Shown: in pieces, positions 1-8,679 of the stretch
Numbering within the stretch: position 1 is the stretch's first letter
How the letters are laid out: each line of letters starts with the position of its first letter
Source of the DNA: a virus
Taxonomy: Duplodnaviria; Caudoviricetes
DNA length: 31,255 nt
Reading direction: 5' to 3' (one strand)
IMG/VR virus record: IMGVR_UViG_3300045947_000099
Span: 1 to 31,255 of that record
Notes under the pieces: generated by a model
Database searches by the model: none
Seen by the model: only the letters and a program-made list of their open reading frames with translations
Told to the model about the DNA's origin: nothing
Translations under genes and position numbers: made by a program

Positions 1-5
1 CGGCA

Positions 6-428
6 TCAGTCAACCTTGCACTCCTTGTGCCGGCTCAGGTTCTTCGGATCCTGCCAGTAGTTCGGATCCTTCGTCTCCTTGATCTTGCCGTGGTAAAGAT
101 GCGCGGGAACCGCATGCGTCTGCTTGAACGTGCCACGCTGGCCTCCAGCATCGCGGATCTCCGTTCTTCGTTGATCGATATGCTGCTTGAACTGATGCTC
201 GATCTGCTCGGGGCTGCCTCGATCGAATCCGCTCGCAACCCTGCTCCCTTCGGAGATGTCGTTGTGGTCGCGGCACGCTGAGGTGTCGAGCATGGGCGCG
301 TCCTGCTGCCAGTCGCGTTCCATCTTGGAGCGACACACCTTGCAGCGGACTGTCTTCGGCGGCCCCTTGGCCATGGAGATCTGGATCTCCGCGCGCAGGC
401 CACACTCGCACTTGAAGCTGTAGATCAT
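6..428 (-). CDS. FmdB-like zinc-ribbon phage protein (140 aa)
   Basis: Start re-called at ATG 428: MIYSFKCECG...VRCKVC...MER fits the FmdB-type MxYxFxC..C...C..C zinc ribbon; lies downstream of the capsid gene. Confidence 0.65.
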   Translation of the reverse strand: MIYSFKCECGLRAEIQISMAKGPPKTVRCKVCRSKMERDWQQDAPMLDTSACRDHNDISEGSRVASGFDRGSPEQIEHQFKQHIDQRRTEIRDAGGQRGTFKQTHAVPAHLYHGKIKETKDPNYWQDPKNLSRHKECKVD

Positions 429-481
429 CGTCGTCCTCGAACCACCAGACGCTTGCGACCGCAAGGTCTCTTTCGTCCGCC

Positions 482-619
482 TCAGCCAAAGCCCTTGGGC
501 ACGATGTTCTTGACCACCGTGTAGCCGCAGTTCTGATTCGTGCAGCGGAGCGTTAGGCGAATCGCCGAACGCTCCGCTCTCACGGGACTCAGGCACTTGA
601 TGCAGGTCCGTTCAGCCAT
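482..619 (-). CDS. Small zinc-ribbon hypothetical protein (45 aa)
   Basis: MAERTCIKC...LRCTNQNCGY gives a CxxC/CxxxxC pair; same strand as the structural operon; ATG at 619. Confidence 0.45.
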   Translation of the reverse strand: MAERTCIKCLSPVRAERSAIRLTLRCTNQNCGYTVVKNIVPKGFG

Positions 620-638
620 GATAAGATCCTCGATCATC

Positions 639-1121
639 ATGGCAGCCGCTAGATACGCACCCAACGGTCTCTGCCGCAGAGGCCACCTCATGTCTGGAGA
701 TAACCTCCGCCGATCCGATGACCGTTGGCGTTGCAGAAAATGCCTCTCCATCAACCGAAACAAGAGACGTGAGAACCACCTCCGATGGGAGAAGCGGAAT
801 CCAGAGCAAGCCAAGCATTCCCAGAAGAAGGCTCTGCTGAAGCGACACTACGGAATCACCGTCGAGCTGTTCAACGAAGCCTTTACTCGACAAGCCGGTC
901 TGTGCCCGATCTGCCGAAAGGCCCTCGGCGGTCCGGTCCGTGGCCCGCTGCATCCTGTCGTGGATCACTGTCATAACACTGGTGTCTTTCGAGGCATTCT
1001 CTGCAACAAGTGCAACAGAGGCATCGGACTGCTAGAGGACGACCCGGCTCGATGCCGGGCCGCCGCTAGCTACTTGCTTCAGGGACAACCGGAAACTCCG
1101 ACGCACAAGCCGTCGATGTAG
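639..1121 (+). CDS. Endonuclease VII-family (His-Me finger) homing-type endonuclease
   Basis: LKRHYGIT...QAGLCPIC...VVDHCHNTGVFRGILCNKCNRGIGLLEDD is the EndoVII signature; N-terminal CRRGH...GDNL...RCRKC zinc motif; start re-called at ATG 639. Confidence 0.9.
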   Translation: MAAARYAPNGLCRRGHLMSGDNLRRSDDRWRCRKCLSINRNKRRENHLRWEKRNPEQAKHSQKKALLKRHYGITVELFNEAFTRQAGLCPICRKALGGPVRGPLHPVVDHCHNTGVFRGILCNKCNRGIGLLEDDPARCRAAASYLLQGQPETPTHKPSM

Positions 1122-2107
1122 CCGATGGCGTTGGGCGCGAGCACTTCGAGCGTGCCCTCCCACTCCACCATGCCCTTCGTCGAGCTGCCGATCTTCGCGA
1201 GCTCCACGGCCAGCACAGGACGCAGCACGGCGATGCGGAGCTTGTTCTGCTCCGCGAAGCTGATGCGATCGTTGCGCTGGTAGCGGTGCAGGTAGATCCG
1301 CTGCGTGCCGAAGTCGGACTGGTAGAAGTCCACCGTGTTGATGACGGTCCGGTCGGCGACCGGGATGTTGTAGCGGACCTGCGAGTTCGGGTTGAGCGTG
1401 AGGTTGCTCAACGACCGCTTCTGCGCAGAGTTCGCCCACATCGTGTCCGTCATGGCTCCCTTCTCCCACATGGCTTCCAGGTGGGAATTGAGGATGCACT
1501 CCGTGATGCAGTCCTCCGGCGAGCTGCCGGTGACCGTGGTCACGGTGCCCATCTCGTCAGGGCCGAGACCGAGCGTCGTCGCGCACGTCGGATCGCTCGC
1601 TGCCGCGAAGGCATAGAAGCCATCCATCTTGCGCGGCAGCACGCCGCCGCTGTTGCCCTGAGCCGTCTGGCTCTGTCGCTCGCTGTGCACGAGCGCGAAC
1701 TCGATGAAGCGTGCGAGCTCCATCGTGGCCTTGCGAAGCTGGTAGACGTATTCGTCCCTGATCCCAGCCGTGTTGATGTCACGCTGCGTATCCGACACGT
1801 CGAACGTGCGACGGATGATGTGCGTGAGGTTGCACAGACGCTTGCGCGGCACGAGAGGATCGAACGTCGCGTCCGAGCCTTCCGGCGTTGCCTGCACGTC
1901 TGCATTGCCAACGTCGGGGTCACCGAAGCTGGCGAGGATGTCCACCAGCCACTCGTGGCTGATGTTGTTGGCGGGCACCTTCTCGAATCCCGAAAGGAAC
2001 AGAGTGTCCATCGGGCTGATGTTGGTGATGATGTCGAGCAAGTCTTCCCGGTTACCCGTTCCGACATCGAACGAGTTCAGGACTGCGGTGTTCGCTACGA
2101 ACGGCAT
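1079..2107 (-). CDS. Major capsid protein, DUF5309/SU10-MCP-like (HK97 fold)
   Basis: GNREDLLDIITNISPMDTLF...HEWLVD-L, NLTHIIRRTFDVSDTQ, YQSDFG, LAKIGSSTKGMVEWEGTLEV; 342 aa; directly downstream of scaffold and portal. Confidence 0.9.
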   Translation of the reverse strand: MPFVANTAVLNSFDVGTGNREDLLDIITNISPMDTLFLSGFEKVPANNISHEWLVDILASFGDPDVGNADVQATPEGSDATFDPLVPRKRLCNLTHIIRRTFDVSDTQRDINTAGIRDEYVYQLRKATMELARFIEFALVHSERQSQTAQGNSGGVLPRKMDGFYAFAAASDPTCATTLGLGPDEMGTVTTVTGSSPEDCITECILNSHLEAMWEKGAMTDTMWANSAQKRSLSNLTLNPNSQVRYNIPVADRTVINTVDFYQSDFGTQRIYLHRYQRNDRISFAEQNKLRIAVLRPVLAVELAKIGSSTKGMVEWEGTLEVLAPNAIGYIDGLCVGVSGCP

Positions 2108-2149
2108 CTGGCTGTCTTGGGTTTGGGGTTCCCAACAGCCCGCCGCGAA

Positions 2150-3154
2150 CTACGCGCCGCCGAGTCGCTTCTTCAAGTGCTCGTCGATCAGCTTCAGTCC
2201 TTCCTTTTGCTTGGCGGGGTCCGTGTCGCGTCGCAGTGCTGCGATGCGTCGGGACTCCTCCACGAGCTCATCTTCGGACCTTGGCTGGACGGGCCTCGCG
2301 GGAGCGAAGCGGGCAGTGCCTAGCTCACCACCCCCAGGGGGGAGGGTTGGCGGAACTGCTGGCGCGCGAGACGCCGTTCGCACTCCCAACTCTTCAGGCT
2401 CGGCGATTGCTCGGAATGCTTGTTCGATCGAACAGCGAGGGTTGCTCGCTCTGAATTGCTCGATCAGTGGGGCGTGAGTGTGGTAGTCGAAAGCCGGATA
2501 CTTTCGCGCGATCACAGCCATCTCTGACTGAATCGCCGATTGTGACAGGCTCGCGAGGGTTGGCTGGATCCTGCCCAAGATCCGCTGCTCCATCGCATCC
2601 ATGCGCTCGGCTATCCGAGCGTCCGCAAGGACTTCAGCTCTCGTCGTCGGATCGAGATGATCGATGTTCGCTTGCAGCATCTCTTGATGCTGCTTCTCCA
2701 GGGCTGTCAACCGCTGCTGAAACTGCGTTGCAGTCTCGGTAGCGGTCTTGCCCATGGCGAGTGCTTCCGCGAGATCTCGTTCCTTCTGACGAAGCTGATC
2801 TACCAGCTCCTTGATCCGCTGCTCTGCTCTGGAAGAAGTTGGTTCTGCTGCTGGTGGCGGGGTCGTGTCCGGCGGCGGCTCATCGGCCTGGATATCCTCG
2901 GCGCGTTGGCCAGCTCGACCGACAGGCGGGGGCTGGACAGCCGCCTCGCGGCGACGCTGTTCGAGCTCCAAGGCTTGTCGTGCATAGCTGCCCTGCGGAG
3001 GAAGAGGTGCAGGCGGCCTACCGTTCGAATCGACTACAACAGGTGCCCTGTCGGGCAACTCTCGTCCCTTGCCCTTGAGGCTCTGCCTCAGAGCAAGAGC
3101 CGCACTGTCGGCTCGCGCATCGAAATCTGAAGATTGTTCTCCAGGTTTGGTCAT
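2150..3154 (-). CDS. Putative capsid scaffolding protein
   Basis: Immediately upstream of the capsid gene; Pro/acidic low-complexity N-terminus followed by coiled coil (SRAEQRIKELVDQLRQKERDL). Confidence 0.7.
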   Translation of the reverse strand: MTKPGEQSSDFDARADSAALALRQSLKGKGRELPDRAPVVVDSNGRPPAPLPPQGSYARQALELEQRRREAAVQPPPVGRAGQRAEDIQADEPPPDTTPPPAAEPTSSRAEQRIKELVDQLRQKERDLAEALAMGKTATETATQFQQRLTALEKQHQEMLQANIDHLDPTTRAEVLADARIAERMDAMEQRILGRIQPTLASLSQSAIQSEMAVIARKYPAFDYHTHAPLIEQFRASNPRCSIEQAFRAIAEPEELGVRTASRAPAVPPTLPPGGGELGTARFAPARPVQPRSEDELVEESRRIAALRRDTDPAKQKEGLKLIDEHLKKRLGGA

Positions 3155-3164
3155 TTGATCTCTC

Positions 3165-3614
3165 TCAGGCCACGACCCCTGAACTCAGTGGACGCTGCTC
3201 GCGAGGCAGCAATACAGCGGTCCGGTTTGATGTCTGGATCCGATGGCAGTTAGCACATCGAACCTCACATTTTCGGATTTCGATCTTCAAGTCCTTCATC
3301 GACCGACTCACGGAGTTGGCGATTTTGAACTTCTTGGTGCCACGAACATGATCGAAGTCCAAGGCAGCCGGATGAGCCTTGTAACCGCAATCAACGCATC
3401 CAAGTTTCATCTTCACACGAGCGAGGAATCGTCTTCCTCTTGAGTTTCTAGCTGCACACGCTCTCAAGACCTTCTCTTGGTTGTTCCGGTAGGACTTCAA
3501 CCTAGTGAGGTTCGTGCACTTCCTGCACTGCGAAGCTAGCCCATCAGAGTGCCATCGATTCTTTCCGAAGCACTCTGACGGCTGCTCCATTCGACACTTC
3601 GAGCAGACCTTCAC
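3165..3614 (-). CDS. Free-standing HNH endonuclease
   Basis: KVCSKC...DGLASQCRKC zinc finger and GCVDCG...ALDFDHV...EIRKCEVRCANCHR HNH-type core; lower GC than flanking genes. Confidence 0.88.
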   Translation of the reverse strand: MKVCSKCRMEQPSECFGKNRWHSDGLASQCRKCTNLTRLKSYRNNQEKVLRACAARNSRGRRFLARVKMKLGCVDCGYKAHPAALDFDHVRGTKKFKIANSVSRSMKDLKIEIRKCEVRCANCHRIQTSNRTAVLLPREQRPLSSGVVA

Positions 3615-3620
3615 TCGTGC

Positions 3621-3836
3621 TCAGGTCTTGATGTTGTCGTCGCCGTAGCCGAGCGACGGATCCTTCCACAAGTTGTTCATCTGCGTAGCGGGGTGACCGC
3701 TGCGCGTCTTCGAACCCATCGCGTCGATGGTCTTCGACATCCCTGCCCCGCGATCGAGCGGAGTTCGCTGTTCGCCGGTCTTCGCTTGCGCGCCGCCGGC
3801 ACCTTCGCAGTTGTGACACGTTGCTGAATCGCTCAT
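3621..3836 (-). CDS. Hypothetical protein (71 aa)
   Basis: ATGA overlap with the upstream gene; lies inside the head operon. Confidence 0.55.
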   Translation of the reverse strand: MSDSATCHNCEGAGGAQAKTGEQRTPLDRGAGMSKTIDAMGSKTRSGHPATQMNNLWKDPSLGYGDDNIKT

Positions 3837-4246
3837 GGCTTGCTCTCTGGTTCAGGTTGCTTGGGCCTACGACGTTGTGTCTCGGCCAGTGCAGTCTTGC
3901 AGTCCTGGAGCTCCTTTGCAAGAGCCTCAGTCACGGTCGGCTTCGTCAGCAGGGCTAGGACGCTCTCCAGGCCGCGCACCCGACCCCTGCATTCTCGAAG
4001 ACCGATGTCCGTAAGTGTGTCGTCGCCAACGAGTTTCTCCCTGGCCAGCGCATGCATCGCCTTGAGTGCGTTCAACACCTCTGTGAAGCCTGGGGCATGG
4101 CGGATCGATTCGGTTCTCGTCGCCACATCCACCTGAGCCTGGAGCTCAAGGCAACGTCGCTGGAGCTTCTCAACCTCGATCCTCTCACGTTCACGGACGT
4201 TCCAGAACTGGTCCTCGCCCATGATGTCTTCGGCACGCATCTGCAT
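3833..4246 (-). CDS. Hypothetical head-module protein (137 aa)
   Basis: Coupled to the portal stop (TGATG); helical; occupies the post-portal slot typical of podovirus-like head operons. Confidence 0.7.
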   Translation of the reverse strand: MQMRAEDIMGEDQFWNVRERERIEVEKLQRRCLELQAQVDVATRTESIRHAPGFTEVLNALKAMHALAREKLVGDDTLTDIGLRECRGRVRGLESVLALLTKPTVTEALAKELQDCKTALAETQRRRPKQPEPESKP

Positions 4247-6669
4247 CAGGCTGCTCCTGGGTTCGGAGCTTGGCTCATGCCGTTGCTCTTCGCCTCACCA
4301 CCTGGGCCTCCCTCGCCACGCTCGGTCTCATTGTTCCTGACCTTCGGAGACTCAGGGCCTTGGCCGGGTCCCCCGGCTCCTCCGACCGGCGAAGGCTGTC
4401 CGCCGCCGCCTCCACCACCACCCTTGAGCAAGCCCATCTGCGTGCCCACCTGGGCCACCTGCATGAGCATGTTCTCCTGCTGCATCTGTCGCTGTTCGAG
4501 CTTGAAGTAGTGATCGGCAACGTGCGCGCGAGCTCGCGCGGCCGTTCCAGGAGATCGTTGTTCGAGCATCTTGAACCGCTCGGACGCGACTTCCTCCATG
4601 TGGCTGATGATGTGCCGCATGTCGTTGTCGTCCTTCTTACGCGGCGGCACGTTGCCGTGATACCACAGCTCGTGCTCCTGGCTCGGGGTCAGCACGTTGA
4701 TCTCGTCGGGGATCGTGATGATCTCATCGACGTTGCGAAGATCGAAGCCGTGCTCTAGGATCATCGCGAGCAGTCGCGGCGCGTTGACCGCTTGCGGTCC
4801 ATACATCTGGTTGATGATCGGAACTCGATCAAGGATGTTCACGAGCTGCTGAACCTGGGTCATCTTCGTGGTCAGCTTGTGGCTCGCTATCGGCAGAACA
4901 AGGAATCGTCCAACAACATCCTGCGGCCTGATGTTGTAGCGGTCCTGGTAGCGAAGGCCGACCGGACCCAGTTCACGGACAACCTTGTCGTAGGACATGA
5001 ACTGCTGGTTGTTCCATGCCATCTGATCGAGCATTGGAACTTCGATCTCCTGCTCATACGACTCGATCATCGGCACGAGACGGAGGTTCGCCTCGTCGAT
5101 CTCGCTCATGTGCTGTGTCGCAGTCTTGCTGTCGCCGAATGGGTCCTTGCCACCCATCGACGGCGACGTGGCCCCCGACGTTTCGCGAATGTCCACCGTC
5201 AGGACGTTCTCGGCCTTGAGCGCAGCATCGCTGACCTGGGGCACGTGGAGAGGAGCGATCGACTTCTCGATGTCGGGAACTCGGATGCCGTGGCCGGGCT
5301 CGATAATCATCTGGCCGCCGGGGATGTTGGCGTCGTCAGAGATCATCCACATCGGATTCGCTTCGAGCTGCGTCGCAGTCATCAGCAGGTTGCGCTTCAT
5401 GTCCTTTTCCATGGACAGGCGCGCGATCATTTCCAGACCGCCGATGCCGTAGAACTCATCTTCAAGACTGATCGGACGCCACGCTTGGTAGGGCTTCTGC
5501 TGATGCCAGAACGGACACTGCGTCACGCGCACGACTAGCTGAAGGCTCTTCGGCTCGACCATGACCACGTTGCACAGGCGGGTCGTGTAGCTGCCGTTGT
5601 CGTTCTTGATGACCAGCGGACCCCACCAGTCGATCACCTCGTAGTGCGGGACGTGAGGAGCCCACGACGCTTCGCGAGGATCGAAGACCCCGTAGCTGTA
5701 GCTCTTCCTTTCCTTGAACTCGTCACCGAACGACGTGTCCTTGCCGCCTGGGAAGTCCTTGAGCTTCTGGAGATTGATCCAGTGCCGGAGCTCTCCCATC
5801 ATCTTGACCTTGTAGTCCGGCCAGCCAGAACGGTCGGCCGCCCACTCGGCGTCCTCGATCGAGCTCGCGTTGGGGCTCGTGAGGAAATCGAAGATCGAGA
5901 CGTTGTTCACCTCGTTACCGTCGAAGATCAACTCCTCTCTCGTGATCTTGTCGAGCTCCAACGTCGTGGCTCCAGGCCAGCTCGGATCTGGTATCCGCTT
6001 GGCTGTCCGGTAGGTCATCTCCCCGAGCTCTTGCCGCCAGTAGGTCTTCTGGATCCCTGTTCCGTAGATCAGCCCATCGCGGATCAGTCGCGTGGCCTTT
6101 GGCTTGAACCTCGTCTTACGAAGCTGGTCTCGGCAGAGGATCTCCTGCATCAAGGCCGAGTCGTCGTGCTCCTCTTGCTCCCCGTAGAACTTGAACCATC
6201 GATCTGTCGCGAACAGGGTTCGCAAGATCTTCGGTAATAGAGTTTCAACGATCTTGAAGGGCTCGGGGCTGTGCAGCTTCGCGCGCCCGTAGGTGTAGGT
6301 GTCGAGTGACTCTCCTCGGTAGAGCCGGTAGAGGATCAGCCACTTGTTGCGCAGGAACTCCATGACGTTGAACACGTCCTTGAGCCCCGAGAGCACCGCG
6401 TCCTTGGCCTGCTCGACGACGAACTCGTTGTCCGCCAAGTTCGGGTAACCAACGCTCTCCGCGTAGAGCCGAGCTTGCTGTTCGATGTTCGTGTCCTGCT
6501 CGAACGCATCCTCGGTCAGCGTGTAGGGGCCTTCTATCGGCTCGGTCCCCTTACGCGGCTTGTAGGTCCCCATGCCTCGCTGCGCCTGCCCGCCGATACC
6601 CGTGCGAGGGTTCGGCGGCGACGCAGGGGCCATGTTCGTGGAGTTACCGAGTTCGAGTCGGTCGCCCAC
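4246..6669 (-). CDS. Portal protein (P22/SU10-like podovirus type, 807 aa)
   Basis: Size and position between terminase and scaffold; DGLIYGTGIQK, NVSIFDF, EFYGIG, SKTAT motifs; Gln/Gly-rich C-terminus; AAGGAAGAG upstream of the GTG start. Confidence 0.88.
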   Translation of the reverse strand: MGDRLELGNSTNMAPASPPNPRTGIGGQAQRGMGTYKPRKGTEPIEGPYTLTEDAFEQDTNIEQQARLYAESVGYPNLADNEFVVEQAKDAVLSGLKDVFNVMEFLRNKWLILYRLYRGESLDTYTYGRAKLHSPEPFKIVETLLPKILRTLFATDRWFKFYGEQEEHDDSALMQEILCRDQLRKTRFKPKATRLIRDGLIYGTGIQKTYWRQELGEMTYRTAKRIPDPSWPGATTLELDKITREELIFDGNEVNNVSIFDFLTSPNASSIEDAEWAADRSGWPDYKVKMMGELRHWINLQKLKDFPGGKDTSFGDEFKERKSYSYGVFDPREASWAPHVPHYEVIDWWGPLVIKNDNGSYTTRLCNVVMVEPKSLQLVVRVTQCPFWHQQKPYQAWRPISLEDEFYGIGGLEMIARLSMEKDMKRNLLMTATQLEANPMWMISDDANIPGGQMIIEPGHGIRVPDIEKSIAPLHVPQVSDAALKAENVLTVDIRETSGATSPSMGGKDPFGDSKTATQHMSEIDEANLRLVPMIESYEQEIEVPMLDQMAWNNQQFMSYDKVVRELGPVGLRYQDRYNIRPQDVVGRFLVLPIASHKLTTKMTQVQQLVNILDRVPIINQMYGPQAVNAPRLLAMILEHGFDLRNVDEIITIPDEINVLTPSQEHELWYHGNVPPRKKDDNDMRHIISHMEEVASERFKMLEQRSPGTAARARAHVADHYFKLEQRQMQQENMLMQVAQVGTQMGLLKGGGGGGGGQPSPVGGAGGPGQGPESPKVRNNETERGEGGPGGEAKSNGMSQAPNPGAA

Positions 6670-7618
6670 CGATCACTCTTCCTTTCGGTTGGACTTTGAC
6701 TTTGACCCGCACGGGTTGCTTTCCATCTGCGTGAACGGGTTGATCTTGTCGAAGTGATCGAAGTCCGATGACTTGAGGATCATGTCGCTTTTGCGGGTCT
6801 GGTTCGTGTCCGCTTCGGACGGATACCACTGGTCCTTTACCACGACACCTTTCGTCGATTTCTCGTGCATCGGCAGTCTCCAGGACTTCGTAGACCGGAC
6901 CGGTCCAGCCGGGCCAGAGCCGAGCTCGGCCCGGCCAACGAGACTCATACCACTTCAGCCAGTCGATGGCACGGGCCGGGTCGTTGTAGAAGCTGCGTTT
7001 GCCTGTTGCCGGGTTCTCCAGCCCGAAGAAGTAGCCGGTGCCGTTCACCAGCGTGAAGCCCAGGCAGTAGATCGGCGAGCATCCCATCAGGTGCGCCGTC
7101 TGGATCATGTAGCACAACGAGTTACCACCCGGATGGTAGGGCTGCCGCATCGAGCTCGGCATGAATGGCGGCGTATGCTGGCGTTGGATCCTGCCCTTCC
7201 CGTCGCGCGTGACTGCCTTCGGTTGCTGAATGAAGATCTCACTCACTGGCCACTTCCGCCTCCCCACCACGCGCAGCATGTGCGATCCGGCAACCGAGTA
7301 GGGGCCGCCGCCGAAGAGTCGTTTGCTCGCTACGACAACCAGGGAGTCGGGACATCGAGCGAGTCGCTCTCGCTCGGACTTCCAGACGTTGATGTCAACG
7401 ACATGCCATACGCTGGGGACCAACGCTCGGAGCGTCCAGTTGCTTCCGATGACGATCTCGCCAGCAGCAGCGACAAGTCCTGTGGACTCAAGTAGGCCGC
7501 CGGCTCCCCCAAGAAGGAATGCTGGCTTGCCCGTTCCAATCCCATCAAGCCAACCCGGATCAGCACTTCCGCCGCGCGGTGCGCATAGCTGTGCCGCCTT
7601 GAAATCAGGTAGGAGCAT
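6644..7618 (-). CDS. DUF115/Maf/MptE-like (GT-A-like) putative glycosyltransferase
   Basis: GKPAFLLGGAGGL (GxGPSL-like), VIGSN, HVVD, GGNSLCYMIQTAHLMGCSPIYCLGF match the Maf/DUF115 and CstII-like motif order. Confidence 0.65.
   Translation of the reverse strand: MLLPDFKAAQLCAPRGGSADPGWLDGIGTGKPAFLLGGAGGLLESTGLVAAAGEIVIGSNWTLRALVPSVWHVVDINVWKSERERLARCPDSLVVVASKRLFGGGPYSVAGSHMLRVVGRRKWPVSEIFIQQPKAVTRDGKGRIQRQHTPPFMPSSMRQPYHPGGNSLCYMIQTAHLMGCSPIYCLGFTLVNGTGYFFGLENPATGKRSFYNDPARAIDWLKWYESRWPGRARLWPGWTGPVYEVLETADAREIDERCRGKGPVVSVRSGHEPDPQKRHDPQVIGLRSLRQDQPVHADGKQPVRVKVKVQPKGRVIGGRPTRTR
6673..6870 (-). CDS. Small hypothetical protein (65 aa) nested in the 3' extension of the upstream gene
   Basis: MHEKSTKGVVVKDQWYP... 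with GGAG shortly upstream of ATG 6870; ends 3 nt before the portal start. Confidence 0.5.
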   Translation of the reverse strand: MHEKSTKGVVVKDQWYPSEADTNQTRKSDMILKSSDFDHFDKINPFTQMESNPCGSKSKSNRKEE

Positions 7619-8679
7619 GCATCACCGATCTTCTCGGCTTCGTCGGGGTGCTTCAAGTAGTAGAGCACGAGCTCTACGAAGTGATCGGGGTCCTGCGCGC
7701 GAGGAGCCATCGGGAACAAGCGTGCGAGCTCGCTTCGGTGGTCATCGCTGACCACGCATGTTCCGCAAGCTGCCATCTCCAGGAATCGAGGGTTGACGTG
7801 CGCCGCAGGCAGGTTCGCATCGTTCCAGAACCCGGTTCCTTCTCTCTTCGGCATCTGCCGGCAGAGTTCGATTCCTTCTGGAACGTGCATCGCTCTCGGC
7901 CTGCCCATCACCCGCTTCTTGTAGCACTCGTTGGTGATCTCAGGAGCTCGATGCACGTTGAGCCCCACAATGCAGCTCGCGTAGTGCTTCGGGTGGTCTT
8001 GCAGGGCTACCCACTTCGGATCGTTCTTCCCCACGGTCTTGAAGAACCTGATGTCCGCGCCATCCACGAGCCGCTCAATCGGCTTGAGCCAGTCGAGTCG
8101 TGGAATCAGCGTAGCGTTACCCAAGAAGAACGCAGGCACCTGCCGCCCGGCGTAGGGTCGTCGCGCAAAGTGAACCACATCGACGCCGGGCGGCAAGTAG
8201 AAGACGTTGTTGCGGTCCTTCCTCGATCTTCGATGAACCTCAACCGTGCACGGGTCCATCGTGAAGACGTAGCCGAACCTCGGGCTATAGCGAGCCGTCT
8301 CACCTGACTCGTAGGGCTCGTCGCAGAGATAGACCGCAGTCTTGATCCCATCCTTGCGGAGACGGACCTGGAAGTCCTCGTTGCTCGCCGCGCGGCCGTG
8401 GTGGCACCACACGAGGTGAGGCTTCCACCGGGCAATGTGGTCGGCGATCTGCTTCGCCGTGCCCGGCATGCGCGTGCTCCGGTAAGGCGAGCTACCAACC
8501 GAGACGATCTGCCGCAGCACGCTGATGTCGAAGATCTGAACTTCGCAGCCGATCGCCTCAAAGCCACGCTTCCAGCCAGTCCGGTAGTCATCGCTGTAGA
8601 TCAGCCGGCTGTCATCGGCGATGGCTACGCGGAACTTCTCGGTTGGCCCTACTCCGATCTTCCTAGCTACTGGCTGCAA
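7330..8679 (-). CDS. CgeB/DUF3880-like GT-B glycosyltransferase
   Basis: WKPHLVW, YLCDEPYE, YVFTMD, FYLPPGVD, IVGLNVHR, NPRFLEMAACGTCVVSD, YYLKHPDEAEKI...HSYAHRA. Confidence 0.85.
   Translation of the reverse strand: MQPVARKIGVGPTEKFRVAIADDSRLIYSDDYRTGWKRGFEAIGCEVQIFDISVLRQIVSVGSSPYRSTRMPGTAKQIADHIARWKPHLVWCHHGRAASNEDFQVRLRKDGIKTAVYLCDEPYESGETARYSPRFGYVFTMDPCTVEVHRRSRKDRNNVFYLPPGVDVVHFARRPYAGRQVPAFFLGNATLIPRLDWLKPIERLVDGADIRFFKTVGKNDPKWVALQDHPKHYASCIVGLNVHRAPEITNECYKKRVMGRPRAMHVPEGIELCRQMPKREGTGFWNDANLPAAHVNPRFLEMAACGTCVVSDDHRSELARLFPMAPRAQDPDHFVELVLYYLKHPDEAEKIGDACSYLISRRHSYAHRAAEVLIRVGLMGLERASQHSFLGEPAAYLSPQDLSLLLARSSSEATGRSERWSPAYGMSLTSTSGSPSESDSLDVPTPWLS

Noticed and set aside
447-469. 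Small hairpin AGAC-CTTGC/GCAAG-GTCT upstream of the FmdB-like gene
   Set aside because: Short, with no U-tract on either strand; not enough to call a terminator or ncRNA.
1060-1085. CCC-TGA at the capsid stop as a possible +1 frameshift producing an extended capsid protein
   Set aside because: The +1 frame stops after about five codons and the other frame ends at 1032, so no extension domain could be made.
4400-4425. Gly-run (GGN repeats) at the portal C-terminus as a tandem repeat element
   Set aside because: Ordinary low-complexity disordered tail of a podovirus-type portal.
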